From NCBI GenBank assembly GCA_004431415.1, contig QPMI01000139.1, forward strand, positions 1 to 64,000: DNA of 64,000 bases, in the 5' to 3' direction. Below are positions 49,134 through 60,469 of the stretch, one piece after another (position 1 is the stretch's first letter; every line of letters begins with the position of its first letter). The notes beneath the pieces were generated by a model, which saw only the letters and a list, made by a program, of their open reading frames with translations, made no database searches and was not told where the DNA came from. Made by a program: the position numbers and the translations under genes. This DNA comes from Cyanophora paradoxa CCMP329 (Eukaryota; Plantae; Glaucophyta).

Positions 49134-52100
49134 CTCACTCTGTGATGACGCGGAGGAGGGTGTGGCGGGAGGGGGAGTTCTTTCGGGGATCGCCGGGCGG
49201 GGCCGGGGCCGCGTCGACGAGGAGGGGCGGCTCCTGCGACTGCGGCTCCTGCAGCGCCTCCGCGTCGTGCCCGCAGAGCGTGTGCCGCCGCCGCCGCGCG
49301 AGGAGGCCCGGCGACTCCGCCCCGCTCCCCGCCGGCGAGGGCGTCTGGTCGGCGGGGTGGGCGCGGCGGGGCGTGCGGGGAGCGCGCGGGGGCGGTCGAG
49401 GGAGTCGAGGAAGGCGCGGGCGTCGTCCCGCGAGGCCGGCGCGCAGAAGGGCCCCGGCCCCGCAGCACGCACGCCGGCGAGGCCCGGCCGACCCCGACCC
49501 GGCGGCGGCGGCCCCGCGCAGCGCCGGCGAGCCCGGAAGCGGGCCCGAAGAGGGGCGCCTCGTCGCGGGGCCGAGGGGCGCGGCGAGAGGGAGCGGTTGC
49601 GGGGGAGGGCCGGGGCGGGGCGAGGCGGCCGCGCTCCTGGGCGAGGCGGCCGACGACGTCGATGCGGTGCCGCAGCTGTCCAGTCGCGACTCCAGCAGCA
49701 GCTCCGCCGCCGTCGGGCTCGTCCCGCCCCGCGGCGCCGCCCCAGCGGCGCCGGCGCCGCCAGGTGCGTGTGCGCGGGCTGGGCACGTGCTCGGGGGCGG
49801 TGCGGGCGGAGCCCGGGGCGGAGGAGGGGAGATGGAGAGGGCGGGGTGGTGGCGGGGGAGGCGGCGGGGCTGGGGGCGGGGCGGTGCGGGGCGAGGGAGT
49901 GGGGCGCGAGGAGGCCGGCGAGGGCGAGGGCGGGGGCGAGCCGCGGCGCGCCGCCTCCTCGAGCTCCCGCTCCCGCTCCTCCTCGGGGGTCGGGCTCCCC
50001 TCCGAGGCCACCGAGATCACCGGCGCCGGCCCCGCCCCGCGCCCCGAGGGCGGCGAGAGGGCGCCCTGGGCCCCGGAAGAGGGCGAGGGGGTGCCGGGGG
50101 GCGGCTGGGCGGCGAGGAGGGCGGGGGGCACGGGGGAGGAGGCGCGGAGGGCGTCGGCGCCGGCGCGCTCCTTCATCTCGATGATCTCGACCCAGCGGCC
50201 GCGGTTCTCGAGGAGCTGGCGGTAGCAGCGGCGGACCTCCGGGAGGAAGTTTTCGAGGGCCGTGAACAGCGGCGCCGCCACGAAGTCGATGAAGTTGAGC
50301 GTCACCCGCGCCTCGCACGCCGTCCGCCGGTCCACTGCGCCCCCCGCTCAGGCGCGCGCGCGCCGGGGGGAGGGGGGGCGGGGGGCGGGGGGCGGGCGGG
50401 GACGGGGCGCACTGAAGGGGGTGACGGGGAGGCCGCGCCGCCGCTCCTCGTCGCCCTGCTCGAAGAACTCGTCCATGACGAGGAGGCTCCAGCGCTTCGA
50501 GAGGCTCCACGGCTTGATCGGGTTCGAGATGTCCGCCGCGTGCAGCAGCGTGTTGATCAGCGCCCGCCGGTGCTTCTTGTTCGCCCCGTCGAAGCTGGCT
50601 CTGCCCATCAGCGGCGTCCGCCGCGCCGCCGTGCGGGCGGGCGGGGCGCACCCGGCGTGGGTGATCTCCGTGAAGCTCGCCACCTCGTCGAGGTGCTGCG
50701 CCATGTCCGTCGCCCTGCGCGCGCGCCAGCGGCCCCCGACCCGCGTCGGCCCCCGCGGTGCGGGGCGGGCGGGGCGGGGCGGGGCGGGGCGGACAGGATG
50801 GCGCCGATGACGATGGAGCGGATCTCCTTGGCGGCCTCCTCCTCCACGTCCTCCAGGAAGTTGCACCGCTCGTCTGCGCCCCCCGCCCCCGCTCGCCCGC
50901 CGCCCCGCCCCGCCCCGCCCCGCCTGCGCGCACCGCGGAGGGTGACGAAGATCTCGGCGGCGTGCATGTTCTCCAGAACGCTCTGCGCCCTCGTCGGTCC
51001 CGGCGGCGGAGGCGGGGGCGCGGGGGGCGGCCTGGGGGGCCGGGGCGGGGCACCTGGTCGTTGTAGCGGATGGCGAGCTCGTGGCCCGTTGCGACGAGGA
51101 AGCCGTTGCTGAGGCCCGGGTGGCCCACCTGGCGGGGCGCCTCGGAGGGGGCGGGGGGGCGGGGCGGAGGGGCGGGGCGGGGGCGGACGTCGTGGCCGAT
51201 GGCGGCGAGGTAGAGGGCGAGGAGCTCGCGCTCGGAGAGGACCTCGGCGACGCGGCGGCAGCCGGCGAAGACCGCCACCGTCCGCAGCACGTCGAACGCG
51301 TGCCGGAAGCAGTGGTACGGGTTGTGGTGGTACTTGCGAGCGAGGACGCGGAGGAAGCGGCGGAGGCGGCGGCGGCGGAGCTTCAGGCGGCGGACGAGGT
51401 CCCGGGCCTCGAAGAGGAGCACGGCGAGCTCCACCAGCTCCTCCTCCGTCCGCCCGAACACGTCGAAGCTCCACTCGTTCAGCCCCTCCGCCTCCGCCTT
51501 CTCCTCCGCCGCCGCGCACCCCAGGCCCTCTTCCTCCGGCCCCTCCTCCTCGCTGCCGGCCGTCAGCGCGCCGCCTCCGGGCGGTGGCGGGGGCGGGGCG
51601 GGGGCGGGCGCGCTCGGAGGAGTGTATGATGTCGCGGTCGGCCTGGGCGCGGGGCGACGTGTTGAGCGGCGAGCGGTGCGGCGACGCCGGCCGGCTCCGC
51701 AGGATCGGCTCGCAGCCGCCGCTGCCCGTCTTTCCCAGCGCGGTCGCTAGCAGAGCCTCCCGCCTCCCGAATATCCTGCCCCGCCCCCCCGTCAGTGGTG
51801 CTCTCGAGGGGGCTCGCACGCCAGGGGCAGCGCACAGATCTGCAGAGTGCGCAGCCGCCACGTCAGGAGCGGGGCAGCGCGGAGCGGGGAGCTTCGACGG
51901 CGGCGGCGCACCGGCGATGGAGCTCCCGCGACGGCGCATGCGGGCGGGGACGGACGCGTTCGGGTCCAGCACAGAGATGAGAAAAGCCGCCGTGTCGGGG
52001 TCGTCCGCAGTGACGCTCTGGCGCGCGCACGCCCGGGGTCAGTGGGGTCACGCTTTAGAAAGCGCGCAGAAAAGCTGACGCGCTAGCGCGCGCGGGGGGG

Positions 52101-53196
52101 TGGGGGGGGTGGGGGGGGGGGGGTGGGGGGGGGTGGGGGGGGGAAGAGAAGAGAAAGGGGGGGACGTCGGGGGGCAGGGGGCGGCGGGGAGGGTCACCTT
52201 CATCAGAGCGTCGAGGAGTGCGGGGCCGAGACGGGTCTCGCTGGACGCCCGAGCCGCGGCAGCGCACAGCTCTTCAAGGAGCTTAATCCTCCCGTGCACG
52301 AACTGCAGCTCCCTGCGCTCCCTCCTCTCAAAAAAAGGAACGAAACGCGCAATAACCAAAAGAGACAGGATGGGCCGGGCGCTGCCGCACCGCATGAGGA
52401 GGGGCCCGTCGCTCTTCTGGAGGCATCCTTGCTTGCGCCTGAGCTCTCTCCTCCGCGCGGCAGTCTCTATCTTTTCCTCCAGCTCCTCGTCCGCGAAGGG
52501 GACGCCAAGGACGTCGTCGCTTCCCGCGTCCAGCAAAGACAGCGCGGCTTGCGCTCCGCTAGCGTTAATCGAGTAGCGCAGAGTTGGGGACGTAGAGGCC
52601 GCTGAGCCGGTGCACCGTCTGAACTCGTCCGGAGCACGGCGAGGATACAGATGAAGGCGGCGGAGTCCGCAGAACGGAGCGCTCGAATGTGCGACAGAGC
52701 ATCGCTTATCGATATCTCGTCATCCTCGTTAGGGAGGAGCACGTAGACGAAGATTGCCTGGAAGCTTTTCCCCTCCTTCAGCAGTTCGCGTAGGGAAAGG
52801 ATATCCTTCGACCAGGAAACTGTGCACATAGGCGGTGAGCCGGGGCCTCACAGAAGGGAAGGGCAGGCTAGAGGAAGGCTGAAGGGCAGCAACGAGACAC
52901 GGAGAAGGGTGCCATGCCGAGGCCAGACACCTCGGGGCCGGGGCTCGGGGTTCTAGCTAGATTTCTGCGGTGTAGCTAACGTTCAGAGCGGGGTCGTTGA
53001 TCCGCTCACCGTTCTGGCTGCGAAAGCTCGGCAGGCGAAGCAGCGACTCCAGTAACCCATAAGAACAGGCAACCGCGACCGTCAAACGGTCAGAGGACGA
53101 AGCTTCGTTTACGTCTGCAGCTCGCGGAGCTGCTGCGGCCGCCGCGATATCGGGCTGGGCGAGGGGGTTCCCGGGCCCGGGGGCCGATGGGCTCAT
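49134..53196 (-). CDS. Class I cyclic-nucleotide phosphodiesterase with N-terminal degenerate receiver domain (RegA-like); ends approximate
   Basis: NPYHCFRHAFDV, HDVGHPGLSN, ENMH, ATDM, LHAADISNP, EFFEQGDEE. Receiver-like FQAIFVYVLLP..LDAGSDDVLGVPFADEEL. Confidence 0.88.
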
Positions 53197-53280
53197 CGCC
53201 TCGCCAGGGCCGGGGACCTCGGGCCGTTTTTCAAGCAGCTAGGTGCTTGCTGGGCGGCGGCAGTAGTGCAGTAGGTCGGT

Positions 53281-53890
53281 GTGGAGCTTCGTCCGCTCGG
53301 AGCTTTCGCCGCAGCGTATGGGTACCACTTGATCGGGCTTGCTGCGGATTACGTATACGCAAGACCTAGCAGCGGCGGCGCTACCTGCGAGGCGAGAAGC
53401 TGCGTACGACGCAGCAGTAGGGCCCTCTGGAGGAAGGCGCGCGATCCCCTTCGGTCCGCGTCCTGCACAGCTATCGCATTAGCGCCGGCACTCCCGCACA
53501 CTAGCGCCGGCTCTCTACAGCTGGTCCAGACGGATGTCGTCGACGCCGAGGTACGCTTCGCGCCTCTCATCGCCGCGTGCGTGACGTGGCGCATGTCAGG
53601 TGGCGGGCGCGCTCTATCGTCGGGAATACGAATAGGAAGCAGAGCACCAAGCCCGCCCAGCCTTTGCCTTGGGCGGAGCGCCTGCTGGATTCTGCCGACG
53701 AGGACTCGTTGGCGCTCAGCCGCAGGAGCTCCCATCTCATCAGCGCGGACGAGGCCACCAACGAGGAGTCCATCGTTCTGGATACGCAGCGCACTGCGCG
53801 ACCACCGTCGACGCTTGTTCGTGGACACTCGGTACGCGCGCACGGTGCGTTGCGCGCCGCTGCAACTGCGTGTTGATCGCCGCACGCGCG
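53281..53890 (+). CDS. Possible small spliced hypothetical gene
   Basis: Host-like intron (GAG|GTACGC..CAG, 53551-53599) and coding-like segments. No clean model could be built. Confidence 0.25.
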
Positions 53891-54398
53891 TCTAGGCAAG
53901 ACCTCGGATCGCGCTACCAGTATCTGGCGGCATCACACCTTCGTCTTGGGTGCCGATGCCTCCTTCGATTTCGCCCCGAGATGAGAGGAGAGAGCAAGCA
54001 GACTGGGCGCTCTGGCAAAGCCGAAGTAGGAGGGACTCACCTTCGGGCCCCGGGTTCCCCTGCGTGCACATGCCTACAGCACCGCGATCGAGGCCCGCGA
54101 CAGCGCCGCCCGTGCGTCTCCGATTGTATTTCCTCACTTTCTGAGGCCGCCGGGCGATGGAAGGCTAATTTATCGAGGGATCGGCGCAGGTTTCGCGCGC
54201 GTCGATTCCCGTCATCGAGATAAGACTGCTTGCGGACCCAGAGTGGCCTAGGGCGCAACCGCACACGCGCTTTCCCCCCGCGGCCCGCACAGCACGCGAT
54301 CTGCCAACCCACGAGAGATTGTTTGGCGCTTTAGCACCAATGACGAGAGAGATCTAGCTACCTAATGTCACTGAGCTAGCAGCTAGCAGGCAGGCTCT

Positions 54399-56282
54399 CT
54401 AGTCGGTGAACGTAATGGGGCGGGGGCCGCTGGAGGAGGGGGGGCTTGCGGGCCTAGAGGAGGGCGTCTGCGCGGCGAAGTCGCTGAAGAGGGTGGCGCC
54501 GAGGGCGCGGACCACGGAGGGCGGGGCGGAGATGAGGGCGGGCCGCTCCGCCTCCTCGTGGCAGGTGGCCTCGCCGAAGGCGGGGGGCGGCTGCGAGAAG
54601 GCGACGACGGCGTGCGGCTCGTGCGTCGGCGTCTGCGTGCCCCGCGAGACCCGCTCCACGCTCCGCACGGGCGTCGAGGGCCCGTCCGGCGTGTACGGCA
54701 CCGGAGCGCTCGTCGGGAGGGACGCCGCCACGTGCTGCGACGGGTCCGACGCCGCCGTCGGCGAGAGCGGCGGCGGTGGCGGCGAGACCGCCACGTCGCC
54801 GCCTGCCGCGGCCGCCGGCGGCGTGCTGGGCCTGGACCCCGAGCCGCCGTGGCCGTGTGCGTGGCCGTGCGCGTGGCCGTGCCCTGCGCGCCGCTCGGGA
54901 CGGCAGGCGGGGGGCGCGCCGGCGGGGCGCACCGTGGTGCCCGTGGCCGTGCCCGTGCCCGTGGTGCCCGTGCCCTGCGAGCCGCTCCGGTCGCCGCGAG
55001 GTGCACTGCGCTGCGACGGGACGCACCGTGGTGGTGGCCGTGCGTGGCGGGGTGCTGCGGGGGGGAGTGCGAGCGCGGCGGGGGCGGGTGCAGGAGCTTG
55101 TGGGCCTCCTTCAGCACGTAGTCCCACTGGAAGGCCGGGCCCGGGTCGTTCTTCTCCGCCTGGATGTGGTAGTGGCCCAGCACGCCCTTGAACGCCGCGA
55201 GCTCGGCGTCGGGAAGCTTCCGCGGGAGCGGCTTCCCGCTCGCGGCGTCGCGCGGGCACTCTAGCCGGATCTGAGGCAGGATCGCCGAGAGCGCCGCCGT
55301 GAGCCGGATGAGCGCGTTGTACTGCGCGCAGGGCCCGGCGGTGAGATGCGGCGCAATCGCCGGGAAAATGCAGCGACGGCGAGGACCTGCTGCTGCGTGT
55401 AATCGTACTGCCGGTACTTGCGCCCCTGCAGTTCGTCCACGATCATGTGCGGTCGCACGGGATGCCCGATGAAGTTCTTCGTCTTGATGCCCCCGCCCCG
55501 CGCCTCGGGCGGCACCACGATCCGCGTCCGGCTTCCCTCGCGCTTGTACCAGCGATCGAACTTGTCCTTCTCGTCCTCTAAGTACGCTGACGAAAACGAA
55601 GAGGGCAGATTAGTGGGTAGTCTGTAAAGCGACAGCAGGTGAGGGCTGTGGGCGCACCTCCGACGTTGGCAATCTCGATTCCGACGGATCGATCGTTGGA
55701 GATGGTAGCATGCCAGCCGCGCTCCTTCAGATCTAACGTCTGATAGATGGTGCCATCAAGATCCAATAGGAAGTGGCAGCTCAACCCTCGCCGGTCCTGC
55801 AGGACCTGCAGGCGAATTGGATCGGCCGCGAGCAGGCAGCGAGCGGCGGAGACCGCGGGGAACCTCGAAGCAGCGCTGGCTGAGGCCACAAGCGTCGCAG
55901 TGAATGACGAACTGATCCACGACGCGCCGCAGCTGCTCCAAGGTCCAGCCCCCGCCGCGAACCTGTTCGACCTCGGCGGCCGAAAGCTTGGGGCTGCGGC
56001 GCATGCCGTAACGGTTCGGAGTTTTAAGCTCCCGCGATATACTGTCCCACTCCGAGCTCTCCAGCGGCCCGAAGCTGAGATGAGGGCGCTCAGGGCGCTT
56101 TCGAGCGCGCGAGATGCGGTCCACTGGGGGTCGCACCGGCGCTCCACGCGATATGCATCGTAGCCGCCCGGATCCATGAAGGTGTAGACGCGCACGCCCC
56201 CGCCCAAGCGGAAGAGCTGGCCGCACACAACGATCTCATCGCCGTGCCTCGGCACCGGCTGCCCAGGACGATCGTCCGCCAT
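54399..56282 (-). CDS. N-acetylmuramoyl-L-alanine amidase (Amidase_2) with low-complexity His/Pro-rich tail
   Basis: QFVIHCD, LSCHFLLDLDGTIYQTLDLKERGWHATISNDRSVGIEIAN, QYNALIRL, VLGHYHIQAEKNDPGPAFQW. Short host-type introns. Confidence 0.9.
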
Positions 56283-56843
56283 CTAGTCCCGCACTCGCAC
56301 GCGGACTCGGCACACACCCCGGCGACTCCGACTTAGTAATCTCAGGGTCTGTACCCAGGCATGCGCAATTTGATCCAGAATAAAGACCCTTCCGAAGTTC
56401 GCCTGAGCCCCGAGAGGCTGATTCCAGTCCACCGATTCCACGCGGCCGCGCCGAGACACTGTGACAGGAGCCAGTGCTCGCCTAACTGCTGCGCTATGGC
56501 AACCATGCAGGCCACACGTTTTCATGATCACCTCTTCTGCATATGCATACGCATGCGCGACAGGAACGGTGGCGCAGTGGATCCGAATCAGCGCGCCCGC
56601 CCTTCTCTCCCTGCCCGATCGTTATCCTCGCCGGCCCAGGACTGCCGACCCTGACGCCCTCGGCTCCCACGCAGCTGGGCACGCTCAAAGGACACGGGGA
56701 ATTGTGCTGAACATCAAGCGCGAGGGCTCTCAGCAGCCACGTCAACGGCTGAGCAGTGCAAACGGCACCCTGCTCATGGGTATCAGTTCCGCAAACACGC
56801 CTAAACGCGATCGGCGCACGTTTTCTTCAGAGAAGAATTGAGC

Positions 56844-57750
56844 TTAGAAGCCCTGGAAGGCCTTCTTCGCCTGGCCGCCAGTCGAGCCCGCCTTCGGGAT
56901 GACCTTCAGGACATTGAAGCGGACGGTCTTCGACAGGGGCCGGCACTGGCCGACGATCACGGTGTCACCGGGGCTGCGAAAGACATAAAGGTTACTTCCT
57001 TTCGACGGTCATCCAGTAGGGCAAGGGCGGGTCGCGGGCTAGACGGAGCAGGTAGGAGTGCGCGGCAGGCGAAACGCAGAGCATGCGGGCGCACTTGACG
57101 ATGAACGCCGGAGAGCAGTGCGCGGGGAAGTTCTTGTGGCGCTTCTCATAACGGTTGTACTTCGGGATGAAGTGCATGTAGTCGCGGCGCACGACCAGGG
57201 TGCGCTTCATCTTGGTCGACTGCACGACGCCCTGGAGGATACGGCCGCGGATGCTGACATTGCCAGTGAACGGGCACTTCTTGTCGATGTAAGAGCCTGC
57301 GCACACAAGCCCGCAGGTCAGCGGAAGCTTCTTAGGTCGGCGATCGATGGCTCTGTTGCGCTGGTAAGACGGCATCGCTGCTCGGGCGAGCGGAGGGGCG
57401 AGCCGCATAGAAGAGCTTCGACCGCAAACTAGACTGGAGCTGCACCCGATGGCGCCTTCTGTTCGCCGGCGGCTACCTCGCCCGCTGCTGGCTCGAGCGC
57501 GAGCGGCCGCCGGCTCCCGCAGACGCGTCCGCTCCGCGATCGCGCCGTCCGGTCTAGCTTCTAAGCTACTGCGAAGCGCACCCTCGATCGCCTCGCGCGG
57601 AGTCTTGAAGCCGAGGCCGATGTTGCGGTAGTAGCGCGGGACCTTGCCGCTCGGGCCGCCCTTCTTGGCCAGAAGGCGCTTGGAGCCAATGAAGATGGCG
57701 TCCTGCTTCTGGAAGGCCCTCTCGACCTGCTGGACTTCGGCCGTCGACAT
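56844..57750 (-). CDS. RPS11: 40S ribosomal protein S11 (uS17), 3 coding exons
   Basis: [70 protein letters not shown]. Confidence 0.98.
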
Positions 57751-57930
57751 TTTCCCCTGCGCAGCCGCAAGCGGCGCCAAAAGGTGCACAATGAGCACAA
57801 AATCTCGAGTCCCAAAGCGGGAAGCGCCTCTGGTGGCTATATCGGCTGGCGTTCTTTGGCGGACGGACCTGTGTTACTGCCGGGTCCCGACCGCGTACGG
57901 GTACCGCTGTTCAAAAAAACTCGAACTTCG

Positions 57931-58795
57931 CATCGAACTACATCAAGCTCGGGCGCGCGCTTCCCCAGCGCAGGGAGGAGGCACTAGCTGCGCGCCTTCC
58001 CCGGCCTCCTTGCTCGCTCGCCCCCGCCCCGCAGCAACTCGTTCGACGAGCGTGTTGTTTTCCATGAGCTTTGCATGAGGGCGGCAAGAGGTGCGCTAAT
58101 TAGCTTTAGTTAGCGATGCTGTGTGCTAAACTGGCTGTCTCAACGTTCCCGCAGCTGGCGCCGGCCTTGCCTGACCGCTCGACCGATGATCAACAGCTCG
58201 CCGGTACTCGCCTACCTTCCAAGCGTGAGCTCTAGCTCTCGTGAGCATGAACTTAGCATTGAACTACATCAAGCTCGGGCGCGCGCTTCCCCACCACAGG
58301 GAGGAGGCACTAGCTGCGCGCCTTCGAATTCCCCCGGGGCATCGCGTCTTGCCTGCTCCCGGCCTCCCTGCTCGCTCGCCCCCGCCCGGCAGCAACTCGT
58401 CCGACGAGCGTGTTGTTCTCCATGAGCTTTGCATGAAAGCGGCAAGAGGTGCGCTAATTAGCTTTAGTTAGCGATGCTGTGTGCTAAACTGGCTGTCTCA
58501 ACGTTCCCGCAGCTGGCGCCGGCCTTGCCTGACCGCTCGACCGATGACTAACAGCTCGCCGGTACTCGCCTACCTTCCAAGCGTGAGCTCTAGCTCTCGT
58601 GAGCATGAACTTAGCATTGAATTACATCAAGCTCGGGCGCGCACTTCCCCACCACAGGGAGGAGGCACTAGCTGCGCGCCTTCGAATTCCCCCGGGGCAT
58701 CGCGTCTTGCCTGCTCCCGGCCTCCCTGCTCGCTCGCCCCCGCCCGGCAGCAACTCGTCCGACGAGCTTATAGCTTATTGTTCTCCATGAGCTTT
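57931..58795. repeat. Tandem repeat, ~358-bp unit, ~2.4 copies
   Basis: GAACTACATCAAGCTCGGGCGCGC.. at ~57935, 58261 and 58619. Duplicate ORFs at 58123/58481 give a period of 358. Confidence 0.9.
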
Positions 58796-59315
58796 AGGAG
58801 TGGGCGCACCATTGGGCGCTCGCGCACGGCGCGGGCAATGTCCTGCAGATCTCTCGGAGCTAGCGCTGGAGGCGAACAAGCGGGAACATGAGCTCGAGGA
58901 GCGGGAGGCGAAGACACGCAAGCTGGCCCAGTGGCGCCGTACGTGAGCGGGAGGTGAAGACACGCAAGCTGGCGCCGTACGCGTCGCCTGCCTTCCTAGC
59001 GTTAGCTCTAGGGCCTAGCGCTAGCTCCAGGGCCGATATCATTATATAATTAATTTAAGTTTACTGTACATATGCATGTGCATGTAACTGTTTTACGCAG
59101 CCCATGTGTACGCAGCTCTCCGATGGTCACCGCGCGCGGCCGTCGTCTTGCAGTTGTCTTGTCGACTTCGATATCATGAAGCTTATATAGGAGGGCCATC
59201 AATGGGCCAAACGCGAAAAGGCAACTCCGAGAGCTCGAGACTCGGAAGTGACGCTTGGATTGCGGAGGTTCTTATAACCGCCGCAACAGCTGTGGGGGTA
59301 CCCCCTCCGAGGCTG

Positions 59316-59425
59316 GCGATCGCGGCGATCGCGACCCGATCGCGACCCTGGTGATCGCGACTTTCTCCCGATCGCGACCCTTTTCGATCGCGATTTCGAG
59401 ATCGGGGGCATTTCTGCGATCGCGA
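59316..59425. repeat. Cluster of seven GATCGCG motifs
   Basis: Copies at ~59318, 59327, 59338, 59353, 59370, 59386 and 59418. Confidence 0.9.
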
Positions 59426-59552
59426 GAAAGGAAAAATCGGAAAAGGCCGAAAAGTGCGTTTTTCACGCGTGAAATCGACCGAAAACGAGGGTTCGAATCC
59501 CGGGCCCGGATTTGGACTTGGGCAAAATCTCGGACTGAAATGGGAGAAAAAT

Positions 59553-59634
59553 GGGACCTGGGACTTGGGACTTGGGACTTGGGACTTGGGACTTGGGACT
59601 TGGGAAGAGTTGGAATCAGAGTCTGGACTCAAAA
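59553..59634 (+). repeat. (GGGACTT)n module 1
   Basis: GGGACCT + 6 x GGGACTT + GGGAAGAGTT tail. Confidence 0.95.
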
Positions 59635-59660
59635 CGGGGAAATTTTCGGAGGGGAGAAAA

Positions 59661-60131
59661 ATGTCAGGCAATCTCTATTACGATTTCCCCTTTGAGTTGC
59701 ATATGGCATTCGAGAGGCTGCGCGAGTTCTGGCGTTGGCACCTCACAGGACATGACATTCCCGACATAACACCAGAGCCCAACACACAGGGCGTGCTTGA
59801 AGTCATCCGTCAATATCCGCGTCGATTCAATGAATGGATCGAGTTCCACGCAACGAACCGTTTCCAGAGTCTCCCCGAGGCCATACGCGAAAATTTCGTG
59901 AGGCTGGTGGGACCAGGCTACGACAACCCTAACAATCATAGACCACGCCCAGCTGGCGTGACGCGCGAAGCTCGAGAAGACCGTAGACTTTTCCGCAGGG
60001 AATTGAGAGAGGATAGACGGAGGCTTTCAATGGGGCTCCCGCAGATTGTGAGGGGGTACAGCCCGGATTACGAGACTTACCAAGAATTGTACGGCTTCGA
60101 AAATCCCTTTGAGAGGGTACTACCAGGGTGA
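59661..60131 (+). CDS. Hypothetical protein, 156 aa (element-borne)
   Basis: Intronless ORF MSGNLYYDFPFEL.. with AAAAATG start context and a normal globular composition. Confidence 0.65.
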   Translation: MSGNLYYDFPFELHMAFERLREFWRWHLTGHDIPDITPEPNTQGVLEVIRQYPRRFNEWIEFHATNRFQSLPEAIRENFVRLVGPGYDNPNNHRPRPAGVTREAREDRRLFRRELREDRRRLSMGLPQIVRGYSPDYETYQELYGFENPFERVLPG

Positions 60132-60469
60132 GGGGCCAGGGGGGGCCCCTGAGGGTGTACCCCCCATCCGAGACTCGACCTTCGGCGGACGCACTCGGGC
60201 AATTTCCGTCAGGCCGGCTCCTTTTTCTGTCTTCGGTCCAACGCTAAATTTGGCTTTTTCAGGCCAGTTGGCAACGTTTTCCGTTGCGAACTAGCCCAGG
60301 AAAAAATTCGCCCACAAAACCGCGGTCCGCCGCCATTTTGCCTCACTCTTGAAACGGGTTCGCCGCCTTCTCTCAGCCCAAGGAAACCCTGCCTCTCCGA
60401 ATTTTCACAAGTCCGCCCTCACAGTCACCTCACGTTTTGCCTTTGCTGATTTCTTTTCCCTTTGCGCAG

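Noticed and set aside
300-52000. Hundreds of long Arg/Pro/Gly/Ala-rich ORFs on both strands
   Set aside because: Shadow frames caused by extreme GC and stop-free introns. The real genes are spliced mosaics of these frames.
52085-52195. Poly-G tract (and the poly-C tract at 48860-48900)
   Set aside because: Low-complexity intronic sequence typical of this genome, with unreliable length.
57297-57580. Unusually long RPS11 intron as a snoRNA host
   Set aside because: No convincing C/D (RUGAUGA/CUGA) or H/ACA architecture seen by eye. It would need an Infernal search.
58123-58891. Duplicated ORFs within the 358-bp repeat
   Set aside because: Non-ATG starts and no protein-like signal; a by-product of the tandem repeat.
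59316-59425. GCGATCGC as cyanobacterial HIP1, implying cyanobacterial DNA
   Set aside because: The motif is confined to one tight cluster and not dispersed through the ORFs as HIP1 is.
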